A stretch of 19,480 nucleotides of DNA from an uncultured Dehalococcoidia bacterium (lineage in GTDB: Bacteria > Chloroflexota > Dehalococcoidia > Lucifugimonadales > UBA3495): the NCBI GenBank assembly GCA_950072105.1, contig CATMOE010000063.1, positions 1 through 19,480 on the forward strand. Reading direction: 5' to 3'. The notes under the pieces were generated by a model. It was given only the letters and a program-made list of their open reading frames with translations, was not told where the DNA came from and did no database searches. The first letter of the stretch is position 1. Each line of letters opens with the position of its first letter. The position numbers and the translations under genes were made by a program. Below, piece after piece: positions 1 through 8,424 of this stretch.

Positions 1-1
1 G

Positions 2-136
2 GGAGCCGATGGCGACGGCGGGAACCCAACAGCCGCGGGATTGGACCGACCCCACGGGGTTGGCGTAGACCGGGCCGGCAACCTGTTCATCGCCGACAGC
101 AACAATAACCGGGTGAGGGTGGTGGGGTTGGCCTAG
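2..136 (+). CDS. NHL-repeat (beta-propeller) protein, C-terminal fragment (5' end outside window)
   Basis: Manual translation from base 2 gives GADGDGGNPTAAGLDRPHGVGVDRAGNLFIADSNNNRVRVVGLA* (TAG 134-136). It matches the NHL pattern GDGG-A-L-P-G-VD-GNLFIAD-N-RVR. Not in the ORF track. Confidence 0.85.
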   Translation, partial: GADGDGGNPTAAGLDRPHGVGVDRAGNLFIADSNNNRVRVVGLA

Positions 137-232
137 TGTCCTGCCTATAGCTTTCTTCGAATACCTGGCCAAAGCTCGGATTTACAAACCCCGTTCGTGG
201 TGAGCCTGTCGAACCACCCTCCGTGGCGGCCG

Positions 233-1333
233 CTAGCGCTGAACCGTATCCCTCAGCCGCCGGCGGAAGTCGTCGGGGACTTCCCGCAATCGCTGCCGGA
301 ACCCGGTATTTTCCCGGTCAGACACCCGGTAAGAAGCCTCCAGCATCAACTCGATGCCACCCAGGAAATCGTCCACGTGGATGTATTCAGCCTTTATGGC
401 TCCGTCCTCCCCACCGTTATGATAGTTCCCCAGGGGAAAGGCGATGCCGGTGGTCCGGTAACCGTGCAGGGCGAATGCGCTGGCCTCGCAGGTGCCGCCA
501 CTCATCAACTGACGCTGTACATCGAATCCCTGGGGCCTGGCCTGCAACGTCTCCCGAGCGCGAATCAATGCCGACTCAGCATCGGAGTCGAAGGTATAAC
601 CGGCGTCGCCAACCCGCACCACCGGCCCGCTACCCATCTCCGCGCCGGGCAGGGTGCGGCTGGACTCAACAGACAGGACCAAGGTGTTGGCCGGTAAAGT
701 ACCCGCTTCGGCCATCAGCCGGGCTCCGACCAATCCCACTTCTTCGGCGCGGGTAAAAATGCCATAGACATCCCCATCGGGCGCCTGTGCGGCAAGTCCA
801 GCCAAGACCGCCAGGATACTGCCACAACCGGCCAGATCGTCTACCGCCCGCATGCGAATAATATCGCCGTCCAACAGGAAATCGGGAAGGTCGAAAACCA
901 CCGAACACGGCAGACCTACTTCCCTGGGTTGGCCCAATTTAATGAGAACCTTTCGCTCGCTCTCGTCCCCGTGACGGCCGGCGGTCTCCGCCGATAGGCG
1001 CTCTCCATCGGCCAATACAACCTGAAGCGGCACTCCTTTGTCGAAACTGGATTCCGGCACGCCGCCCAAAGCTTCGCCGACCAAGTACCCATCATGGACC
1101 GCCACTGCCTCGAAGCCCGGATGATCCATGTGGGCAACTAATGCCAGAGGCGAAACTTCCGAACTTCGCCCAGGAACGCGCACGATGATATTACCGAATT
1201 CATCCACGCTGAAAGGCAGCGGCATCTCTGAGAGGATCGCCGAGATTGCCGAAGCGACGCCGCCTTCGTAAAATGCCACCGCCGGTTGGGCGCCCAGACG
1301 CGCCATGATGCTCAGGGCTTGGTCTCTAGCCAT
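233..1333 (-). CDS. M42/M28/M20-clan metallopeptidase-like hydrolase
   Basis: Clan MH metal-ligand motifs AHMDH, DDLAGC, RAEEVG, VESS, GGTCE and NYHN. ATG at 1333 is preferred over TTG at 1339. Confidence 0.8.
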   Translation of the reverse strand: MARDQALSIMARLGAQPAVAFYEGGVASAISAILSEMPLPFSVDEFGNIIVRVPGRSSEVSPLALVAHMDHPGFEAVAVHDGYLVGEALGGVPESSFDKGVPLQVVLADGERLSAETAGRHGDESERKVLIKLGQPREVGLPCSVVFDLPDFLLDGDIIRMRAVDDLAGCGSILAVLAGLAAQAPDGDVYGIFTRAEEVGLVGARLMAEAGTLPANTLVLSVESSRTLPGAEMGSGPVVRVGDAGYTFDSDAESALIRARETLQARPQGFDVQRQLMSGGTCEASAFALHGYRTTGIAFPLGNYHNGGEDGAIKAEYIHVDDFLGGIELMLEASYRVSDRENTGFRQRLREVPDDFRRRLRDTVQR

Positions 1334-1414
1334 TGTCAATTCCGCACCACCCTCGATAGGAATGGCGCGATTATATCAAGGCATGATGCTGGGAGCCATG
1401 GACGGGTTTGGGCC

Positions 1415-2395
1415 CTAAGGGGCGTAATACACTTTGACCGGCGCCCAATCCAGGTAGTAGGTCAGGCCGCCGGAACCGTTGGTTGTGACCCGCGCCCAGA
1501 AATTGCTATCGCTGAGTTCCGCGGCCGCCCAAGTCCGGCCCCAGGTATCTGAAGAGCCTCCCAAGATCGCACTGCGCTCCGAGGTGCTTTCCACCGCGTC
1601 GGTCTTGGCCGCCGTCCACGAAGTCCCGCCGTCCCAGGACAGCTCCACGTCCATGCTGTTGCCGCCGCCGAGAGCGCTCAGCCACCAGTCCAGCCGCACT
1701 TCGATCCCGCTGATGCCGCAACTGCTCTTCAGGGAGATTCCATAGTCATAGAACCGGTGCCGGTCGCCGTCGCCCCCAACGTTGGTGGCGGAAGAGGCGT
1801 CGTCGGCAAAGGCGTTAGTTGGATCCGACTCGAAGCCGTCGCCGTCCCCACCCGTGTCGGCGGCTTGAGTGGTGGGGCTCAAATATCCAGTGTCACTTAC
1901 CGCGCAGATACAACTGAAGTAGCTGGAATCCAACACCCCCTGAGGCGTGACCACCACCACGGTTCCAAGAGTATTGTCCTTGAGCGCCAAGAGCAGAGTG
2001 AAAGTGATCGTAGCGGTTTCATCAGGGTTCCAGGCGTTCGGGTCCCGGCTATCGGGACTCATGCTGATAGTCCAATTCGAGGTGTACACCAGACGAGACG
2101 CGACCTGATTTTCCCCACTACCGGTGTATTGGACCAAGATGTCCATCTCGGTGAAATCGGTGACTACGGTGTCTCCGGTGTTAGCTACAGTGGCAGTATA
2201 TGTAAGGCAATCCGTGGTAGTGTCTGAAGTTGATTCCACATCGATGGCGGTGGCCTGCCGCTCCTCGATTCGCTGAGTGAATTCTTGATGGCCGTATACC
2301 TGGGTGTTCCACACGATGTCCATGATCTGGAATACCAGAACGGTAACCAACATGAACATGGACATGCCGATTATACCGGATAACGCGCCGCTCAC
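1415..2395 (-). CDS. arlF: Archaellum ArlF/FlaF-like protein fused to a C-terminal beta-rich extracellular domain
   Basis: An N-terminal hydrophobic helix is followed by T-I-V-S...TVANTGDTVVTDF..MDILVQY...WT...WNPDETATITF...NTLGTVVVVTPQG, the pattern of archaeal ArlF/ArlG. A further domain of about 165 aa follows. GGGAGG SD lies upstream of the GTG. Family recognised by eye, no HMM run. Confidence 0.7.
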   Translation of the reverse strand: MSGALSGIIGMSMFMLVTVLVFQIMDIVWNTQVYGHQEFTQRIEERQATAIDVESTSDTTTDCLTYTATVANTGDTVVTDFTEMDILVQYTGSGENQVASRLVYTSNWTISMSPDSRDPNAWNPDETATITFTLLLALKDNTLGTVVVVTPQGVLDSSYFSCICAVSDTGYLSPTTQAADTGGDGDGFESDPTNAFADDASSATNVGGDGDRHRFYDYGISLKSSCGISGIEVRLDWWLSALGGGNSMDVELSWDGGTSWTAAKTDAVESTSERSAILGGSSDTWGRTWAAAELSDSNFWARVTTNGSGGLTYYLDWAPVKVYYAP

Positions 2396-2489
2396 TGCCG
2401 CCGCCCTCCCGGCCGTCTAGTCCTGAGGACGTTTGGGTCTCCAGACTTCGGAGGTCTTGCCACTGCCAAAGCTACCTCACCTAGTCCCG

Positions 2490-2891
2490 CTAGAGGGAGA
2501 CGGCCGGAGACACCTTTTGGCGGGTGCTAAATCCGGTGGAAACTAGCTTCGGAACACTGGCGCCCTGACGGCGGCGAGCGGCCCAAAGTGCTCCGAAAGA
2601 CATGGCCAACGCCAGGCCGCTGCTCATAGCCAACACCGGAGGATTAGAATCGGATCTTGCGTCAAAGATTCCCGGCGGTAGCCCCGTCATCCCAGTCATA
2701 GCGTGCAACGGGGCTAGGACAGGCCGGGAATCGGACAGAATACCCTGGGTCGTTGCCGCGTTGAGGGTTTCAAAAATGGGCGGCGGTCCCCATACCAACA
2801 TCAACGCCAACAATGCCGTGATGATTAGCCCCGCCGTGGTTCCCAGAATCAGCCATATCTTGAATCTTGGGGCCAGATGTACTTTTCGCAT
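2490..2891 (-). CDS. Hypothetical membrane protein (two hydrophobic segments)
   Basis: Basic N-terminus, hydrophobic stretch IWLILGTTAGLIITALLALMLVW, and a second stretch ending in RRR. Co-oriented with the arlF-like gene. Start is ATG 2891 or TTG 2894. Confidence 0.5.
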   Translation of the reverse strand: MRKVHLAPRFKIWLILGTTAGLIITALLALMLVWGPPPIFETLNAATTQGILSDSRPVLAPLHAMTGMTGLPPGIFDARSDSNPPVLAMSSGLALAMSFGALWAARRRQGASVPKLVSTGFSTRQKVSPAVSL

Positions 2892-3193
2892 CAACCGATC
2901 CCTACACTTGAACTTCTGTATTCTCCAACTTCCCGGTCAATCCCTGAATTTCAATTTAGGCAAAGCGAGTCTTAAGTTCAAGCCGGGAGTCAGAAAGATT
3001 GGGGATTTTGATTCCAAAACTCACTGAGGTTGGACGAGCACACCACGAACCGGGGCAGGGGCGGCAAAGCTGGAACCCCAAGACTGATCTTTTCCCGAAC
3101 ACTTGCCTCGGTGACGAAATGTTTCCCGGATTCTCCTTCCGCGGACGGGCCGGGATGACGCGGGCGGGGGACTACGATGCCTAGTCTCCAACT

Positions 3194-3289
3194 CATTGGA
3201 TGCCCAATGTAGTCCGATGCTATACTGCCAGGACAAAGGCGCAACGGACGCGGAGTGATTTGCCTCCGCGACATTAAATGGATGCCCAA
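3194..3289 (+). promoter_or_regulatory. Putative promoter/operator region of the Ldh_2 gene
   Basis: Extended -10 TGcTATACT at 3218-3226. Palindrome CATTGG-ATGC-CCAATG at 3194-3209. The core TGGATGCCCAA is repeated at 3279-3289. Confidence 0.5.
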
Positions 3290-3314
3290 CAGGGCGAAAA
3301 CTAGGAGAGTGGCA

Positions 3315-4391
3315 TTGCTAGAACAGTTCAGAGTTAACCTGGAAGAAGCTGAGATCGTACACGGGGACGCCCTAGGACAAACAGTGGCCCACATATTCGA
3401 AAAGCTCGGCGTGCCGGCGGAGGACGCCAAGCTGGGGGCCGATGTGCTGGTATTAGCCGACCTGAGGGGCGTTGATACCCACGGCGTATCTAACATGCTC
3501 AAAAGCTACATAACCGGGTTTCAGAGCGGCCAGATCAATCCCCGTCCGGACTGGAAGGTGGTGCGGGAGTCGCCAAGCACGGCCACCATCGACTCTGACC
3601 GGGGCCTGGGCACGATCATTACCCCGAAAGCCATGGATATCGCCATCGAGAAAGCCAAAAACGTGGGATTGGGGATGGTAACTATCGGCAACGCCCGGCA
3701 TCTGGGAATGGCGTCCTACCACTCCATGATGGCCCTTGAACACGACATGATCGGCATCTGCATGACCAGTTGCCCTCCCTCGGTGGTGCCAACCTATGGA
3801 GCGGAGCCCCGTCTTGGCACCAACCCCATCGCCATAGCTGTGCCCGCCAAGAACGAGCCTCCTTTTGTCTTCGACGCCGCGACCAGCACCGTGGCCGGCA
3901 ACAAGATCGGCATCGCCCGCCGTTTGGGCAGCAAACTGGAGCCAGGTTGGCTGGCCGATGCCGAAGGCAATCCCATCATGGAAGAGATTGACGCTCCCGA
4001 TAGCTACACTCTTCTGCCACTGGGCAGCACTCGGGAGCTGGGTTCCCACAAGGGTTACGGCCTATCCTGCATGGTGGATATCATGGCCGGACTGCTCACT
4101 GGAATGGGATACGGGGCGGTCCCCGGACGGCCCAACTTCGGCCACTACGTCGCGGCCTACAGCATCGACGCCTTCACCCCGGTGGACGAGTTCAAGGAAC
4201 AGATGGACGAGTGGCTGCAGATGATGAAGAGCACCAAGCCGGCCCCAGGCCACGAACGTGTGCTGGTGGCGGGTCAGCCCGAGGCCGAGGTAGAGGCGGT
4301 GCGCCGGAAAGAGGGCATACCGTTCCACCCGGAAGTCCTCGAGTACATCAGAGACACCTGCGCCGAGCTTTCGGTGCCTTGCTTGGTGTAG
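3315..4391 (+). CDS. Ldh_2-family oxidoreductase (malate/L-lactate/L-sulfolactate/ureidoglycolate dehydrogenase-like)
   Basis: Motifs ADLRGVDTHG, HLGMA, GTNPIA, FDAATS and GSHKGYGL. AGGAG SD at 3303-3307 favours TTG 3315 as the start rather than 3255. Confidence 0.9.
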   Translation: MLEQFRVNLEEAEIVHGDALGQTVAHIFEKLGVPAEDAKLGADVLVLADLRGVDTHGVSNMLKSYITGFQSGQINPRPDWKVVRESPSTATIDSDRGLGTIITPKAMDIAIEKAKNVGLGMVTIGNARHLGMASYHSMMALEHDMIGICMTSCPPSVVPTYGAEPRLGTNPIAIAVPAKNEPPFVFDAATSTVAGNKIGIARRLGSKLEPGWLADAEGNPIMEEIDAPDSYTLLPLGSTRELGSHKGYGLSCMVDIMAGLLTGMGYGAVPGRPNFGHYVAAYSIDAFTPVDEFKEQMDEWLQMMKSTKPAPGHERVLVAGQPEAEVEAVRRKEGIPFHPEVLEYIRDTCAELSVPCLV

Positions 4392-4395
4392 CCGT

Positions 4396-4418
4396 CAGCC
4401 CCGATAAAATCGGGGCTG
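4396..4418. terminator. Hairpin between convergent genes
   Basis: Perfect 10-bp stem CAGCCCCGAT-aaa-ATCGGGGCTG. There is no clear U-tract. Confidence 0.5.
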
Positions 4419-4443
4419 TCAGCCGTAAGCAGACGAAGCTCGA

Positions 4444-5571
4444 CTAGTCCTTCAACGCGGGAATCACTTCTTTTCCGAAGAGTTCCAGTGACCGCATCGT
4501 GTCTTCATGGGAGAGGCGGCCTCCCTGGGCCTCCAACAGAAGCGCTCCCACGCCCAACCGGTCTTTGATGTGGCGTAACTTCTTGATCACCGTTTCCGGA
4601 CTGCCAACCACCAGATGGTAGTTTTCCTGCAGCTCGGTGTACGACATCTCGTTCAGGGGCGTGGGGCGCCGGGCAGCCACGGCGGCGGTGCCGGCGCGGG
4701 ACGTGTAACCGGGGGGCGACCAATACTCTCGGGGACCCCGCAGGGGATAGTTCATCCGCCATAAAAAGGCCTTACCCGCCTCTTGGGCTTTTTCGTCGGT
4801 TTCGTTCACGTGGCAACAGATCATGAACGCGAATTTTTCGGGACCAGGCTCCCAACCGTCGGTGGCGGCGTAATCCCGGTAGGTCTGGAACAACTTCTCA
4901 GCGACGTCCAAAGGCGTAAGAAACGCCGCGTAGGTGTACCGGTTCCGGGCCGCCCATTCTACGGTCTCCGGACTGCCCGTGCCCGGGACCCATATCGGGG
5001 GATGGGGCTTCTGTATCGGCAGCATCCAGGGATTGACCGCCCGGTATTGGTAATGCTTCCCTTCCCACCGGAATGGGCCTGGCGTAGTCCAAGCCTTAAT
5101 GATTAGGTCGTGGCACTCTTCGAACCGCTCCCGGTTGTACACCGGATTGGTGTTGTTAGCCCAGCTTTCAATGCCGATACCCCGGACGAATCCGGAGACG
5201 ATACGGCCGCCGGATATCACATCCAGCATGGCGATCTCTTCCGCCAAACGCACCGGGTTGTCGGAAGTAGGCAGCATATTTCCCAGCATCAAAATCTTAA
5301 CCCGCGAGGTGATTCGGGCCAAGATACCCCCGCTGATATTGACCTCCACGTCCATGCACGAAGGGGTGTTGTGATGCTCGTTTATCATCAACCCGTCAAA
5401 GCCCACTTCTTCAGCGTACTGGTACTCGTCTAGGTACCGCTTGAACAGATCCTGAGCTTTCTTGGGATCGAAATAAGTGTTGGGAAAAGTAAGCCGCATC
5501 GACGGATACTTATCCACCTCCGACTCGGGAAACTCGGCATAGGGCATCTCAGTAAAATAATAACAATCCAT
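4444..5571 (-). CDS. LLM-class (luciferase-like) flavin-dependent monooxygenase
   Basis: Motifs AEEVGFDG..INEHH, PVRLAEEIAMLD..SGGR, PIQKPHPPIW and VGSPETV. True start is ATG 5571 (MDCYYF) with an AAGGAG SD. Confidence 0.92.
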   Translation of the reverse strand: MDCYYFTEMPYAEFPESEVDKYPSMRLTFPNTYFDPKKAQDLFKRYLDEYQYAEEVGFDGLMINEHHNTPSCMDVEVNISGGILARITSRVKILMLGNMLPTSDNPVRLAEEIAMLDVISGGRIVSGFVRGIGIESWANNTNPVYNRERFEECHDLIIKAWTTPGPFRWEGKHYQYRAVNPWMLPIQKPHPPIWVPGTGSPETVEWAARNRYTYAAFLTPLDVAEKLFQTYRDYAATDGWEPGPEKFAFMICCHVNETDEKAQEAGKAFLWRMNYPLRGPREYWSPPGYTSRAGTAAVAARRPTPLNEMSYTELQENYHLVVGSPETVIKKLRHIKDRLGVGALLLEAQGGRLSHEDTMRSLELFGKEVIPALKD

Positions 5572-5621
5572 GAAACCTGAACTCCTTGATCTGAATGCTG
5601 ACCGCTGATTGCTGACCGTTT

Positions 5622-6407
5622 TTACGCCATGAATTCCAGTGCCGTTTTGACAAACTCGTCTGGCTTTTCCACTTGTGGCACGTGGCCGCAGTTGTCGATG
5701 ATTACCAGGTCTGACCCTGGGATCGCCTGGTGGTAAAGCTGGGCGCACTCCGCCGGTACGATCTGGTCTTCCCGGCCCCAGACGATGCGGGTAGGGATGT
5801 TGACGCGCCCCAGCAGTTGCGGCAGGCGAAGGTCGTACATGTAAGGCTTCCAGCACAAGCGTACCGTCATTTCCCTATTTCCCTCGGCGATCGCTACCTG
5901 CTCCGGCGTAGGTGTTTGTCCGTAAAGCTGATCGTACTCGGGTGCCTGCTTGGGGTCGTGGTAAGCCAACGCGGTAACCTCGGTTGGGCTGATGATGAAG
6001 ATGTCGGCAATTTCGCCCTGCTGGGGCTTGATACCCACCGCGTCCACCAACATCAGCTTACTGAAGGCGTGGCGGCAATTCACGGCTATCTCCGCCGCCA
6101 GCCAGCCTCCCATGGAGAAGCCGATGGCCCGCGACCCTTCCAATCCTCGCTGTTCCAGGAACCACGTGTAGAACGAGGTCATGTCGGCCATCGTCTCCAG
6201 CCACTCCGGCCGCTCCGATTGTCCGTATCCCGGATGAGACGGGATATAAACGGTATATCGCTCAGACAGCGCCTGGACGTAGCGAAGCCAACCGGCGTTC
6301 CCTCCGGCCCCATGCAGTAGCACCAGCGGCTCACCAGACCCGCCTGACATCATGTGGATCTTCGTGCCGCCCACATCAACAAACTCTTCGGTAAATTCTC
6401 CGGCCAT
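5622..6407 (-). CDS. Alpha/beta-fold hydrolase
   Basis: LLHGAGG oxyanion region, GFSMGG nucleophile elbow, WGREDQIVP acid, CGHVPQVE histidine. Confidence 0.92.
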   Translation of the reverse strand: MAGEFTEEFVDVGGTKIHMMSGGSGEPLVLLHGAGGNAGWLRYVQALSERYTVYIPSHPGYGQSERPEWLETMADMTSFYTWFLEQRGLEGSRAIGFSMGGWLAAEIAVNCRHAFSKLMLVDAVGIKPQQGEIADIFIISPTEVTALAYHDPKQAPEYDQLYGQTPTPEQVAIAEGNREMTVRLCWKPYMYDLRLPQLLGRVNIPTRIVWGREDQIVPAECAQLYHQAIPGSDLVIIDNCGHVPQVEKPDEFVKTALEFMA

Positions 6408-6607
6408 GATTTATTCTCTCCCGTGGTTAATGGATGGTTCTCGACAAAGTGGATAGTTCAGGAAGCCATCAAGCCGCCAGAGACAATCCTAACCGTGTCG
6501 GCAAAGTGGGTCAAGGAAATCCCAGACCGGGCGCCGGTTCAGCCAACCCCAGCATGAGTTGCCCTCGCCGCTAAATGCACAGGAGACGGTCAATGCCCGA
6601 GTTTCTA

Positions 6608-6616
6608 TGCTATATT
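6608..6616 (+). promoter_or_regulatory. Putative extended -10 element for serA
   Basis: TGcTATATT about 70 bp upstream of the serA ATG in a divergent intergenic region. Confidence 0.35.
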
Positions 6617-6686
6617 TGAGATTCAACTGACACTGGGACGCAGGGTTCCATTATTCCCCGCCAACTCACCAACAGGACGTCTAAAC

Positions 6687-8264
6687 ATGCCCAGAATATT
6701 GGTCGCCGACCCCATCGCCCAAGAAGGTGTGGACCTGCTGGGCAGTCGCGCCGAGGTGGACTCCAAACACGGATTAACCGCCCCGGAACTGATGGAAATA
6801 TTGGGCGGCTATGATGCCTTGGTCGTCCGTAGCGAGACGAAGGTCACGGCGGAGGTCATCGGCGCCGGCAAGAAGCTTCAAGTGATTGCCAGGGCCGGCA
6901 TCGGCGTTGACAACATCGATCTGGAAGCCGCCACCAGCGCCGGCATTCCGGTGGTTAACGCCCCCACCGGCAACACCGTGGCCGCCGCCGAGCACACCCT
7001 AGCGTTGATGCTGGCCCTCGCCCGGAATATCCCCGAAGCCCATCGTTCGGTTAAGGGGGGAGAGTGGCGGCGCAGCGCCTTCATGGGCATCGAGGTGCGC
7101 AACAAGACACTGGGAATCGCCGGTCTGGGCCGGGTCGGCACCGAAGTCGCCCGCCGGGCCCAAAGTTTCGGCATGCGGCTGGTCGGTTACGACCCATTCA
7201 TCTCCCCCGACCATGCCAACCGCCTGGGCGTCGAACTGTTGACCCTGGACGAAATGTTGGCCCAATCCGACTTTGTGACCTTGCACACTCCCCTCACCGA
7301 TGGAACCCAGCAGATGATCGGCGCCCGCCAACTGGCGCTGATCAAGCCTGGGGCAAGACTGATCAACGTCGCCAGGGGTGAGCTTATCGACGAAGCTGCG
7401 CTCCTGGAGGCCTTGGACGGCGACAGGCTCGCCGGGGTGGCCTTAGACGTATTCGCTCAGGAGCCGCCGGGCGACAATCCCCTGTTGAGCCATTCCAAAG
7501 TGGTAGCGACTCCTCACTTGGGGGCCTCCACCCAGGAGGCGCAGCGGGAGGTGGCGATAGAGGCGGCCGAGCAAGTGCTGGCGGTGCTGGCTGGGGAACC
7601 GGCCCGCAACACGGTTAACGCTCCTTTCCTGCCACCTGAGGTCCACGCCGTGCTGGCCCCTTACATCCAGGTGGGCCTGATAGTGGGGAAACTGCTGACT
7701 CACCTGGCCGAAGGCCAGTTCGTGGGCGTAACTATCCGCTACGAGGGCGAGATTGCCCAGCACAATACGGCGATGCTCAAGTCGGCGGTATTGGCCGGTT
7801 TGCTGGGACCGGTTACCGGCGATCAAGTGAACTTGATCAACGCCCCATTCTTGGCCCAACAACGCGGTCTCAGCCTGACTGAACAGAGCAACGAAGCGGC
7901 CGCGGAATATGTCAGTATGATCACCGCCACGCTGGACACCACCGGAGGCCCTATCACCGTCGCCGGCACATCGATGCGGGACGAGGCCCACGTGGTAAAG
8001 GTGAACGACTACTGGCTCGACATCACGCCATCCAGCCCATACCTGCTGTTCGTGGACAACCAGGACCAGCCCGGATTGATCGGGGCGGTGGGCACCCTGG
8101 CCGGACGCCACAATATCAACATCAGCTCCATGGACGTCGGACGGCTCAACCCAAGGGGCATGGCCATGATGGTCATCGGCCTGGACGACCCGGTGCCGCC
8201 TGCGGTGCTGGAGGAGATCAAGGCCCTGCCCCAGATCATCAACGCCCGATTGGTCTCGCTGTAG
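6687..8264 (+). CDS. serA: D-3-phosphoglycerate dehydrogenase (long form with C-terminal ACT domain)
   Basis: VRSETKVT, ARAGIGVDN, GLGRVG (NAD binding), INVARG, TPHLGAST and ACT-like DQPGLIG..G....INI. 525 aa. Confidence 0.96.
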   Translation: MPRILVADPIAQEGVDLLGSRAEVDSKHGLTAPELMEILGGYDALVVRSETKVTAEVIGAGKKLQVIARAGIGVDNIDLEAATSAGIPVVNAPTGNTVAAAEHTLALMLALARNIPEAHRSVKGGEWRRSAFMGIEVRNKTLGIAGLGRVGTEVARRAQSFGMRLVGYDPFISPDHANRLGVELLTLDEMLAQSDFVTLHTPLTDGTQQMIGARQLALIKPGARLINVARGELIDEAALLEALDGDRLAGVALDVFAQEPPGDNPLLSHSKVVATPHLGASTQEAQREVAIEAAEQVLAVLAGEPARNTVNAPFLPPEVHAVLAPYIQVGLIVGKLLTHLAEGQFVGVTIRYEGEIAQHNTAMLKSAVLAGLLGPVTGDQVNLINAPFLAQQRGLSLTEQSNEAAAEYVSMITATLDTTGGPITVAGTSMRDEAHVVKVNDYWLDITPSSPYLLFVDNQDQPGLIGAVGTLAGRHNINISSMDVGRLNPRGMAMMVIGLDDPVPPAVLEEIKALPQIINARLVSL

Positions 8265-8424
8265 CGGACAGGGTCTGGACACTCGGCAACCCCACCGTCG
8301 CCATACTTGCGAGATCTTTGCCTCTCCACTAGTATTAACCGGCCAGCCCCTATGGGCTCGGCACGCCGAATAATCGCCAACAGTCCGAGGCCGCCCGCCG
8401 CCGCCTCTGGGCAGGAGTATTAAA

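Noticed and set aside
2895..3314. Riboswitch or CDS in the long divergent intergenic region
   Set aside because: I recognised no riboswitch consensus by eye and the ORFs there are not protein-like. An Rfam scan would settle it.
5572..5856. 95-aa N-terminal extension of the LLM ORF (470-aa version)
   Set aside because: It overlaps the hydrolase gene in another frame and has low-complexity composition. ATG 5571 has a good SD.
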